A stretch of 64,000 nucleotides of DNA from Felis catus (lineage: Eukaryota), in the NCBI RefSeq assembly GCF_018350175.1, contig NC_058368.1, forward strand, positions 62,250,001-62,314,000. Reading direction: 5' to 3'. The translations under genes were made by a program, and so were the position numbers. Under the pieces are notes generated by a model. The model had not been told where the DNA came from, searched no databases, and was given only the letters and a program-made list of their open reading frames with translations. Below are positions 52,730 to 64,000 of this stretch, piece after piece. How positions within the stretch are numbered: position 1 is the stretch's first letter; each line of letters opens with the position of its first letter.

Positions 52730-52990
52730 TCATTCACTTATTCATTCATTCATTCATTCATTCATTCATTCATTCAACAGATATTATGGAATAGCAACTA
52801 TGTGCAAGGTATTGTCAAAGAAAAAGGGCAGGAAAAATAAAATTTCCTTTTTGGAGTTTGCATTGCTGTCAGAGAAAATGGAAGTTAATATTACAAGTAA
52901 GCAAATTATACTGTATGTGAAAAGGTGAAGAAGATTAAGAGTAAAATAAAACTAAGAACATGTGAGGAGTTCCTAGAATAATCATGTTGG
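52730..52990 (-). mobile_element. L2 3' end with (TTCA)n tail
   Basis: (ttca)n caacagatatt...caactatgtgcaagg. Confidence 0.8.
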
Positions 52991-53296
52991 AAAAAACATT
53001 TTTCTATTAATGTTTAGCCCTAAAAGTGGAATTAATGAGTCTACCCCTTCCAGAGCAGAGAGACTCCACTTTTAATACCCTGCTTCTCTTCTGCAACAAA
53101 TACTGAAAACTTTGATTCTCCCTGCAAACCGTTCCCAGATTTGAATACCTTCTCTTTCCAAAGCTGCCTTTTTAGTGTTTAAGCACTAATACTTAATGGT
53201 ATCATCCCAGGTTCTTTTATCAAATTGTCTTCTACTTTCCTTTTAGGAAAATTACTTATCCCAGTGCTTCAGAGGTCCTTATCAGTGGATGACATC

Positions 53297-53468
53297 CATA
53301 AATAAATATAAATATAAATATAAATATAAATATAAATATAAATATAAATATAAATTATATATATATTTCTTCAAAATATATATGTATATATAATATATAT
53401 ATATACATATATACATATATACATATATACATATATAATATATATACATATATACACACATACATATA
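53297..53468. repeat. (ATAAAT)n followed by (TA/CA)n
   Basis: Direct observation. Confidence 0.93.
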
Positions 53469-53498
53469 CCTCTTCCTTGGCTACCTAGGAATACTTCT

Positions 53499-53547
53499 AA
53501 TACCTAATACCCAATACCCAATACCCAATACCTAATACCTAATACCT
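53499..53547. repeat. (AATACC[T/C])7 tandem array
   Basis: Seven 7-bp units between 20-bp direct repeats. Confidence 0.92.
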
Positions 53548-53620
53548 CTTCCTAGGCTACCAGCCCATATACCTAACTACTAGATCTATCCATTTAAACG
53601 TCTCAGTATCTCAAAGATTT

Positions 53621-53844
53621 ATTTTTTTAAATTTTTTTTTTCAACGTTTATTTATTTTTGGGACAGAGAGAGACAGAGCATGAACGGGGGAGGGGCAGAG
53701 AGAGAGGGAGACACAGAATCGGAAACAGGCTCCAGGCTCTGAGCCATCAGCCCAGAGCCCGACGCGGGGCTCGAACTCACGGACCGCGAGATCGTGACCT
53801 GGCTGAAGTCGGACGCTTAACCGACTGCGCCACCCAGGCGCCCC
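53621..53844 (-). mobile_element. Very young SINEC_Fc
   Basis: CpGs retained throughout; TSD aaagattt at 53613-53620 and 53845-53852. Confidence 0.97.
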
Positions 53845-55671
53845 AAAGATTTCTAAAACTACATTCTAATTATCCTATGAAATTACCACCCCCCCCAAAT
53901 TGGAAATAAGTGCTGAAGTACAAGCCAGAAAATGTGAAGTCTTCCACTTCCTCACAAGTCATAGTCAATGTACCAGGTCCAAAGTCTTAGCTTTTCTTTG
54001 CCATCTCTAAGGCTGACCTTTTGTGTTTCTCATGCTCATGTCTAAAAATATACTCTGGTCTTTTCCAATCCACTCTTCACATGAAAGCCCAAGACATTTT
54101 TAAACAGATGGTTTTACTCACTTGCTTAACATTTCCATCAGCTTTCCATTGCTGTTTGTATAAAGAAATCATTTCTTCAAAAGTGTAAAAGGCCCAGTGA
54201 TGTGATCACTGCCTACCGCTCTATCCGGATTTATTATGAATCTTCTCTTGGTTCCTTCTGCTCAGATCACATGGACCCTGCTTCAATTCAACCAATGTTC
54301 CATATTTTCTTGAACCACAGGTTCTTTAACATTGTTTCCCCCTTTCTGTACTATTTCTTCCTTCTAAGCCAAATCTTTGATAACCAACGTTAGGTTTTCT
54401 AACTTTACTCAAACATCAGAATTTAAGGCAGCTATAAATTCCCCTCAGATGCTTTTCCTCACCCCCCATATCCCATTCAAAATCAGGATATTTTTCTAAC
54501 TTATTTTTCACAGAATCTCTTTTCCTCCCTTTAGAACATAGCTCAATCTGTAGCAGTATATTTATTCTTTTTCCTATTGCTGGTGTATCCATTAGACCAA
54601 AAGTTCCACAGCAGAAGGAACTGTATTTCTTGTTGCTCTCAATTTTATTCCCACTAACTAGCAGTATTCCTGGTACATAGTAGGAAATCTCATTATATTT
54701 ATTAAATGAATGAGTGAATAGGTAAGTGTGCCTCTGCTATTTTATGAAAACAATTTAAAACATTTGGGCAGTTTCCTTAACGTCTTATTGTAAATCTCTG
54801 GATTAATTAGGAAGATTTTGTTTCTATAAAACTGAGATAATTTCATTGACCAAATTGAAAGAAATGAAAATAAAAAGATTAAGATAGTTTACTATAGATT
54901 TTGTGAGAAATATTTACAATATTGTGGATTCTAAATAATCCTTAACTATTATCCTAAGTGCAGTAATAATTTGCAAGTTACACATTTTTACAATTTGATC
55001 TGCAATTGTGCTTTGAAAAATATCTTCAAAATAACAGCATTTTATTGATTGGATTATTACTTATTGTGACATTTTGTGTGTAGACTTTTCTTACTTTAGA
55101 CAGCATTACTAATGAATCCTACCTTAGTAATACTATTACAAAAACTTTTTTTTAAGTAGAGGTTATCTATAACTCTTAGAACCTTTGTGATTTTTCTTCA
55201 GAGTAACTTCTGAAGTCAAAGGTCTCCAAAAGCAAAGATAGAAGCTAGAGATGAACTCAATAGGGAACCAACCACACAGAATGAGTTGAAATGTACCACA
55301 GGAACCAGTTTTTGAAGATAGACTCTCTGGGTCAGGTTGGAGTACTGTGTTAATGCCATACAACTATCCATACAACCAAGTTCCCCTGAGACTTCAGCAG
55401 TGTTGTATGTTTTCATTAAAGTAGTCAATTATGCGTTTGGTTCATTTCTGTAGTTACCAATCTATTCTAAAAGAAAGCATACTAGTTATGATAAAACTAT
55501 AACACAACTTTACAAAGGACCACATTATGCTTTTTATATACTCTGCATTGCACATTTCCATACATCTTTCCAGTCTAAGAAACTGCCTACCATAGAATCA
55601 CAATTGTGAATTAAAAAATGAAAATCTAGTGTTAAATGGACTGCCTGAATCTAGAAATGGACTGCACTATC

Positions 55672-55880
55672 TCTTCTTTATTTCTTTTAAGTTTTTATTT
55701 GTTTATTTTGAGAGAGAGAGAGGACTAGCAGGGGAGGGGCAAAGAGAGAGGATCTCAAGCAGGTTCCATGCTGTCAGTACAGAGCCCCATGCGGGGTTGA
55801 ACTCAGGACCAATGAGATCACGACCTGAGCTGAAATCAAGAGTCCCATGTTTAGCTGACAGAGATATGCAGGCACTGCCC
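55672..55880 (-). mobile_element. Can-SINE (older)
   Basis: aagcaggttccatgctgtcag...gacctgagctgaaatcaagagtc. Confidence 0.9.
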
Positions 55881-56739
55881 TAAATATTCTTTATAAAAAT
55901 TTTTGCTATTTTTACAAATGATATGAATTGAGTTACTTTTACCAAAGCCATTCCAAATAATAAAAACAGATGCTATCAAAATACCATATTTCCATTTCAA
56001 ATAAAGATTAATATCAAAGAAGGAAAGGAAGGGAACCATTAACTGCTTTATAAATTACAAGGATGTAATGATTTGGTGACTCAATTAGCTAATGACTAAA
56101 GTTATCTAAGTCCTTAAAGAAAGAGTTTAATATGAATGCAAACAGTTATGATTTTTATAAGCTAGATAACTCATATTAAGAAAGCAATTTTTGTGAGTTA
56201 AATAATATTATAATAATGATAGTAGTACATAAATTTTAGTATAACTAGGAAAGGGATAAATGTATTAATTATGCTTATTCAAAAAGAGTTGGATATTTTA
56301 GGTTAAGAAAAACAAATAGGATAGAAAAGTCATAAAAGCATAATCTATGTTAATGCACCTACATTGTTATTCTATCCCTATGTTCCATAATTGTTAAGTC
56401 CAATTTCCCAGTGTCGATGATCCATCATATAAATTGACCTAGAATATAACTGATGTTCTCCTTATATCAGTAAACTTCAATTTATGCTTTAGCTATTAAA
56501 AATATATATGCAGCATCTTTGCTTACACTGATTAGATACTATAATAAATCTGTTTTTACTGAAAGGAATCAATGCAAATTTATCTTTTTTAATTGGAATA
56601 TATTGTACATATCTGATTTTAAAAAAAAAAAAGAACATCTGAATATTTAAAAAGCAAATAAAGCAAAAATTCAGTCTAAGGAAATATCTGTGTATTTTTC
56701 CCTGAGTATTTTGGTAAATTATTTTTATAAACACTTACA

Positions 56740-56948
56740 GGGGCACCTGGGTGGCTCAGTCAGTTAAGCGTCTGACTTTGGCTCAGGTCATGACCTCACA
56801 GTTCGTGAGTTCAGTGCCATGTTGGGCTCTGTGCTGACAGCGCAGAGCCTGGAGACTGCTTTGGATTCTGTGTCTCCCACTTTCTCTGTTCCTCCACTCC
56901 TTGTGCTCTGTCAGTCTCTCTCTCTCTCTCAAAAATAAACATTCAAAA
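56740..56948 (+). mobile_element. Can-SINE
   Basis: Full body; near-TSD ttttataaac. Confidence 0.95.
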
Positions 56949-57267
56949 ATTTTATAAACGTTTAACAGAAGTGAAGTCTTATTCCTTTTTGGGAGCCTTG
57001 ATATTGTTACTGAGAATTTTCTTGATATACTTGGGGAGTTTTCTTTAAGTAAATGAATTCATGTTCCAATTGATGATCATCCTTGAAATACGTCTATTAT
57101 TGTTCCAAACCATTATCATAAATAAGCAGATAGTATAAATGTCTTGCTGTTAGGCTCCAGGTTTATAATCATGACATTTCCTTCTATATGGCCTCTACCC
57201 CTCAAAGGCTCTCACTGCATTTAGTCTAAATGACAATCTTTTGACATAATCCAGGAGACTACCTAAT

Positions 57268-57690
57268 TTTGATGGTTAGTTTTATGTGTCAACTTAGCCA
57301 AGATTTAGTACCTAGTTATTTAAACAAACACTAATGTAGGTGTTGCTGTTAGCCTAGATAGTTAACAACTACCATAAGTTGGCATTAAGTAAAGGTAATT
57401 AACCTCATTTAGGTGGCTGGACCATGTCCAATTAGTTAAAAATCCATAGGAGCAAAAACTGATGTTTCCTGGAGAAAAAATTCTGCCTCACAGCTATAAC
57501 ATCAAATTCTAACTGAATTACTAGCCTGCTGATATGACCTACAGATTTAACCCTGTCAGTTTCCATAATTGTATGAGCTAATTCCTTAAAATCAGTCTCT
57601 GTATGTGTGTATATACGCACATATATATGCATAAGTGCACACACGCATATCCTATTGGTTCTGTTTCTGTGGAGAACCCCAACTAATACA
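57268..57690 (+). mobile_element. MLT2 (ERVL) solo LTR
   Basis: tgatggttagttttatgtgtcaactt start; cctattggttctgtttctgtggagaaccccaactaataca end. Confidence 0.9.
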
Positions 57691-57785
57691 ATGATCTACC
57701 TGTGTCCTCTCTCCACTTAATTTCCCACTATCCTCTCCATTACTCAGTCTACTGTAGGAACAACTAATTGGATTTAACATTCTTG

Positions 57786-58391
57786 CAGCCTACAGAATGG
57801 AAGAAGATACTTGCAAGTGACATATACAATAAAGGGTTAGTAACCAAATCTATAAAAATGTATCAAACTCCACAATCAAAAAAACAAATAATGCATTTAA
57901 GGTATGGGCAGAAGACAAGAATAGCATTTTTCCAAAGAAGACATCCAGATGGCCAATGGATGCATGAGTAAATGCTCAACATCACTCATCATCAGAGAAA
58001 TACAAATCAAAACCACAATGAAATACCATCTTACACCTGTCAGAATGGCTAAACTTAACTCAGGAAACACCTGATGCCAGATGTTGGCGAGGATACTGAG
58101 AAAGGGGAACCCTCTTACACAGTTGGTGGGAATGCAAACTGGTGCAGCCACTGTGGAAATCAGCATGGAGATTCCTCAAAAAGCTAAAAATAATATTACC
58201 CTAAGAACCAGCCATTGCACTACTAGGTATTTACCCAAAGGATACAAAAATACAGATTTGAAGGGGGCACATGCACCCTGATGTTTATAGCAGCATTGTC
58301 AACAATTGTCAAATTATGGAAAGAGCCTAAATGTCCACTGACTGATGGATGGATAAAGAAGAAGTGGTATATATATATATACTATTAAATA

Positions 58392-58440
<49 letters not shown>

Positions 58441-58809
58441 GGTATATATACCATTATATACCATATATATAATGTATATATACCATTGGTATATATACAT
58501 TATATACCATTATATGTATAGACCATATATACAATGGTATATATATGGTATATATATATATATATGGTGTGTGTGTGTATATATATATATATGGTATATA
58601 TATGGTATACATATATACATATATATACATATATACCATATATAATACATATATATGTATATAATACATATACATATATATGGTATATGGTGTATATATA
58701 TATATACACACACACATATATATGGTATATATACATATATAATACATACATACATATACATGTATAATGGTCTATATATGGTCTATATATATATTCCATA
58801 TACATTATG

Positions 58810-58850
<41 letters not shown>

Positions 58851-59016
58851 GGGATATTACTCAGCCACCGAAAGGAATGAAATTTTGCCATTTGTAATGA
58901 TGTGGATGTATGTAATGCTAAGCAAAATAAGTCAGTAAGAGAAAGACAAATACTCTATGATTTCACTCATATGTGGAATTTGAGAAACAAAACAGATGAA
59001 CATAAAGGAAAGGGGG

Positions 59017-59047
<31 letters not shown>

Positions 59048-59280
59048 ACACCAAGCCACAAGAGACTCTTAACTATAGAGAACAAACTGAGGGTTGATGG
59101 AGGGGAGGTGGGTAGAGGATGGGCTACATGGGTGATGGGTATTAAGTAAGGCACTTGTGTTGAGCACTGGGTGTTATATTTAGGTGATGAATCACTAAAC
59201 TCTACTCCTGATACCAATATTACACTATATGTTAAGTAACTAAAATGTAAATAAAAATTTTAAAACAAACAAACAAAAAG
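57786..59280 (+). mobile_element. Carnivore L1 ORF2 end plus 3'UTR, 5'-truncated
   Basis: QPTEWKKILAS, atcagagaaatacaaatcaaaaccacaatg, 3'UTR gagcactgggtgtta...AATAAA; decayed ORF. Confidence 0.95.
58368..58850. repeat. Complex (TA)n expansion inside L1 ORF2
   Basis: About 480 bp of TA with interspersed tggtat/atacca units. Confidence 0.95.
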
Positions 59281-60689
59281 AACTCATCACTTTTATTCCC
59301 TCTGATGTTCAAGTTCTTAATTCGGTCATTATCTTACCATGTTTATTTATCTCTTTTAGAATTCCAATTTTTTCCCTTGAAAACTGTTAGTCAAAAATCT
59401 TATTGCATGTGGAATTCACTTATCATGAAATGGAGTTAATAATTCAAGTTTTTATTCTGCTTTTTTAAAATTAAAATTGTACTTGTCCTTCAGATATATT
59501 AATATGTTCCTTTCAATTTACTGAGGGAATTAAAATTAAAATATTTTGGAAGGAAATTGCATTTTGAAGAAGCTTCCTCAAAAACATGTTCTATGACCTC
59601 AGTTGTCTCCCATCACCTTTCTGTGTCTGGCTATCTATCTATCTTTCTTTCTATCTTCTCTCTTTTTTGCAACATTATTTGAAAAAATAACAATGAGCTA
59701 AGTTAAGAAATAAATATTTGCACAGTCTGGGTCTTGAATCTACCTATTTTTTAAAATTCCATTTGGTTTATATTTTGATATGGGTGAAATGAATATTTCA
59801 AGACTCTTGATGTCTACTTTGCTTTCCATGTACTTTAGCAGAGCTTTTCATTCAAGTTATTAAATTAAATACGTTTAGTCATTCAAAGTTAATAGTTACT
59901 TAGTATTTTTCAAACTTCTTTAGTAATGTTTACTCCTTTGGTCCTCATCATCTTTGTTATTCTAAAAACATTTATCTCCTTTGGGAGAAAGAATAACATC
60001 TCAAAATTACAGTATTCTAATTTTTTATTATCAGTGGATTGTTTACTTAATAGGAATATTTTCCTGGTAAAAACTAACAATATAAAAATTCGTAAGTGTT
60101 TATAACTGAGTCTTTCTGTTCTCTCTTGTTCCCATTTCTTTCTAATTGCAAACCATACTTCTCTGGAAAAAGGATATTTACTCCTTAATAGACTTTCTCC
60201 TCCTGCTGTTTATTCTTTAGCTAAAGTCATAATCCCACATTTTTGACATTATAATCTTCTCTACAGTCACTAATTGTTCTAAAATGCTACTTTAGGTGAA
60301 GATGTACAGCAGGGAGTCAGTGAACTACCAAAAACCAAAGATGCTATTTTCAACTCTTCACATTTCTTTGTTTGAGGAAAGGGACAATTCTCAAATGGAG
60401 GTTGATTACCTGCAATTGCTTCAAGTTATGTTGCTTTTTAATGTTAAACAATAGGTCATGATTCTTAACTTAGTTACATTTTAGTGCTAATTATAATAGA
60501 TTCTCAATCATTTTATCTGGTGACGAAGTGTAATTAATCATTATGCATTTCTTGTGTGTTAGAGTACAACCAATGTATATATATGCTGGCGCAAAGAGAC
60601 AAAATTCCCAATTTTTTCCTGAAGATAATTATTTGGAACAATTTTGTATGGAAACACTCAGGTGAAAATAAGTTATACAATAGTCTTTA

Positions 60690-60906
60690 GGGGCACCTGG
60701 GTGGCTCAGTCAGGTGAGCATCCAACTCGTGATTTTGGCTCAGGTCATGGTCTCATAGTTCATGGGATTGAGCCCTGTGTCAGGTTCTGCACTGACAACA
60801 TGGAGCCTGCTTGGGACTCTCTCTCTCCCTCTCTCTCTACTTTTCCCCTGCTGGCAGATGCACTCTTTCTCTCTCTCTCAAGATTAATAAATAAACTTAA
60901 AAATTA
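60690..60906 (+). mobile_element. Can-SINE
   Basis: ggggcacctgggtggctcagtcagg...ataaataaac. Confidence 0.94.
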
Positions 60907-60933
60907 ATAAAGTCCTTGTAAAAAAACTTAGAA

Positions 60934-61130
60934 TTTTTTTTTTTTTTAGCTAGAGAAGGCACAAGCAGGAGAGAGGTGCAGAGGGAGAAAGAGAGAGAAT
61001 CTTAAATCTTAAGTGGGCTTCATGCTCAGCATAGAGCCCAATGTGGGGTTTGATCCCACCACCCTACGATCATCACCTGAGCCAAAATCAAGAGCTGGAT
61101 GCTCAACCAGTTGAGCCACCTAGGTGCCCC
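60934..61130 (-). mobile_element. Can-SINE
   Basis: Poly-T...ttgagccacctaggtgcccc; near-TSD aactt(a)gaatttt. Confidence 0.93.
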
Positions 61131-62120
61131 AATAACTTGAATTTTAAATTAAAATTAGATGAAGAAAATAACTTATAAAATATTGGATTCCTCTTTGGTT
61201 CAGTCTCTGAATGTTGTTAGATTATACCTATTATATACATTTAATATAATTTAATACAAATACAAATCTGACTCCAAAAACAATAAATAATGATATTTTT
61301 AAAAATTAAATCTTCCCTAATGGGACTTTAATGGGTTTTTTGAGCTCATAACTCAGAAAGCTACGTAGAATTCTTCTCAGACTTCCTTGTCTCCTTCCCA
61401 AATCCCAGAATTTTGAAAGTATGTATCATGCTCTGATTTCTCCTATCCATGTGCTTTTTTCAGGAATGTATCTCTCTCCTCTACCACTTCCTTTGGCTGC
61501 TCATTTCATTTGACTGTCCAAATATTGGAATTAGGTTCTTCCTTACTTGTTGTCTGATCTAAGTGACCCAAAGGCAATTGTTTTCCTATAATCCTGTTTT
61601 CCCGTATGTACCTTGAATGTATCATGTGTTTTTGCACTTCCTGCTTTACTTATAGAACATTCATGGACCATTTCTGATGGATAAAAGTTTTATCTATTTT
61701 CATGAAGTTAATTATTCTTTCCTTAGTGCATTGTTAAAATAAACAATGTACCATGTTATCAATGTCATAGAGTAGAATATCTAAAAATGTTTATCCACTC
61801 AAATATTTGATTTTATCAATATATGAATAACTACAAACCTAGCTTTAAACCTACATTTTTTAAACAGCAACAGACTAACCTAGAAATAGAATCTCACAGG
61901 GTGCAAAGGCATGGTGGGTGCCTTAGGTAGCTCCTTAAATGATAGCAAATATTTTCTCCTGCAGTAATTATTCTCTTTTCCATAAATTGAAGTTTCAACT
62001 TATACAGGGAAATAAGTAACTATATCAAATTTATATTTAGGTTTGTACCTCCAATGAATTTAATCATTCTAGAGAAGGTTTAAGTTTCCAACCCACCATA
62101 TTTTCCATCATTGAAACTCC

Positions 62121-62215
62121 TTGTTTGTTTATTTATTTATTTATTTATTTATTCATTTATTTATTTATCATTTTTGTTTTTAGGAGTAGAATTTAGTGAT
62201 TCATCACTCACATAC
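62121..62215 (-). mobile_element. Extremely truncated carnivore L1 3' end
   Basis: (ttta)n tail plus aggagtagaatttagtgattcatcact; TSD tgaaactcc at 62112-62120 and 62216-62224. Confidence 0.85.
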
Positions 62216-62689
62216 TGAAACTCCCTACTGAAACTATTTATATAAATCACATTGTATTGCTGTGTGTAATCACATTGTATTGCAGTTTGTTTTCTGAGGT
62301 AATAATCCCAGTAGATTGCTATAATTCTATTATAAATCTACAAACATTTCAAAAGTAAAAATGAGAATACTAGGAATAAGAAGAGGAGACGTCTATTTCA
62401 TAGACCCCTAATAACATAGGATTGGAACAGATCTGAAACAATCAATCACACAGTCCATCACTAACCTTTTTTGCTTGAATTATTTCAATAAACGGCTACC
62501 AGCCTCTAAATGTTTCCACTGACAGAGATATAAAAATTTCAAACCTGGCCAATTTCAGTGATGGACATCTAACATTCCTTTCATATACTGAATTAATTTC
62601 TATCTCCTCAATTATGATTATGAGTTCCTCTCATCGAGGAAAGGTGGTCCAATTTTTCAAGGAAATGTATTCAAACACTTGAGTATAAT

Positions 62690-62870
62690 TATGACAGGCC
62701 CTACAAGTATTTCTCTTTTCCAGATTAAACACTACCAGTGTCTTCCATTATTTCTGAAAACACAGCCTTTGGATACCCAAATTTGTCAATAATCCTCTAG
62801 GATTCAGCCCCCATAAATGAACACACAACTGAAGCTGTTGAATTTAATCCTGGGTCAGGTGAGACCTTAT
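62690..62870 (-). mobile_element. CR1/L3 LINE fragment
   Basis: tttctcttttccagattaaacactaccagt...tttgtcaat...gaacaca antisense CR1 RT motif. Confidence 0.6.
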
Positions 62871-63789
62871 ATCCTTCGAAGGGACATGAGATTTTAATGA
62901 ACTTTGTTCAACATGAAAATGCATTTTTATAATAGCCCAAGCATATATTTAGTTTCAATACAGGCAATTCTACACTTTTAACGTTCTTTGGAAATAAAAC
63001 CATTGTTCAAATCCTCTGTATTCTTAGTACTTAGTAAAGAGTACTTGATAATTACTGAATATAGTTGTAAAATGTCTATGTTTGTATATGCATGTGAATG
63101 GAATTAAAAGTTAACCATTAATTAAATTCTGAGGAGACATGGATTGAGAGAGATTTGAAAAAGGAAGGGAGTAGTTAGACAATAGGTAAACAGAATCCAG
63201 CTACAAACTAGAAGAAAGATAGAGTGTAATTCAAAAATACTTCGGAATAGGGAAATGTTATTGAAACAATGAAGACTACTTGGGTAAGAAATGAATAATC
63301 ATGGAGATGTATTTCCTAGCATGATCAACTAAAGTGGAACAGCTTACATTAGTGAATGAAAGATGGATACTAAAGAAGGTTGGACCCTTAAAGAGAGTTG
63401 AAAATCGTTGCAATAGGATCTAGGAAATAATCTATTTACTCTTATTCCCTTAAGTACAGTCTGTATGGCATGAACTGTTATGACATTGGAAATGAGATAG
63501 AAATAGTGCTAAGTTCTAGTTCCAAGATATTCACAATCTACTGGGGATAATTAACTCATTAACTTATTATACTAGATCCCTGGTGATGAAAGTTGGGCTA
63601 TTAAAAAGGCCATGTATTAATATTGATAAAAGTATATTTCAAATACATCCAAATACAACTTTGGGGTATCTAAAAATAGAATAGAATTATAATATGATTA
63701 AATTATTATAAAAATTAAAAATATAATAAATAAAAAATAAAATGGCTAGCAGGTATAAACTATTTTTTGAGGTAGCAGTAATAAAAATG

Positions 63790-64000
63790 AAAATATTAGT
63801 CAACACCTTAAACATGGATGCCTACACTTCCATTTCTGGGAATCAAACTGAGCAAAGCTAAATTTATATTTCTACTAGTTACAAGAAATTCACCTAAATA
63901 TAAAATGGCACCCAAAGACTGAAGGAAGGAAAAGATATATATTTCAATGATCGAATGTCAGCAAAGGCCAAGTGTAGTGATATTAGTAACAGGAAAATCC
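63790..64000 (+). mobile_element. Ancient L1 ORF2 endonuclease N-terminal remnant (runs off the window)
   Basis: ttacaagaaattcacctaaatataaa...gactgaag...ggaaaagatata...gtgatattagtaacag (LQETH/GWKKI/AILISD-like). Confidence 0.6.

Larger units (their letters stand above)
53150..54720 (+). mobile_element. Fragmented L2 with microsatellites and SINE
   Basis: tactcacttgcttaa...ttccattgc; ends cctggtacatagtagg...ttattaaatgaatgagtgaat. Confidence 0.65.

Noticed and set aside
53499..53547. Regular repeat array as a possible CRISPR or telomeric repeat
   Set aside because: No spacers, 7-bp unit, not TTAGGG, eukaryotic context
58349..58849. YI-rich ORFs on both strands
   Set aside because: Translations of the TA expansion
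1..64000. L1 strand bias as evidence for host-gene orientation
   Set aside because: L1 fragments occur in roughly similar numbers on both strands, so this is uninformative

Overview
This is AT-rich, CpG-poor mammalian genomic DNA from a felid (cat-like carnivore). The assignment rests on about 27 tRNA-derived Can-SINE copies, several of the young felid SINEC_Fc type, and on carnivore/felid L1 3' ends. The window is intronic or intergenic and dominated by layered transposon fossils: Can-SINEs, young and old L1 fragments, L2, MIR, CR1/L3, MaLR (MLT1) and MLT2 LTRs, a fragmented ERVL internal region, MER33 and microsatellites. No complete protein-coding gene, RNA gene or CRISPR/prokaryotic system is present. 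Nearly all ORF-track entries are artefacts of SINEs, microsatellites or decayed L1 ORF2. The best non-repeat signals are a few plus-strand candidate exons: a 123-nt frame-preserving exon at 31561-31683 and a GC-rich, possibly terminal exon from 21189. I cannot assign these to a named gene. Mechanistically notable structures include an old L1 with a twin-priming 5' inversion, a repeat-flanked orphan insertion inside an LTR, closely spaced inverted SINE pairs and templated 'stutter' duplications. I see no convincing evidence of a new biological system. Repeat subfamily names come from recalled consensus features, not a database search, and boundaries of old repeats are approximate.
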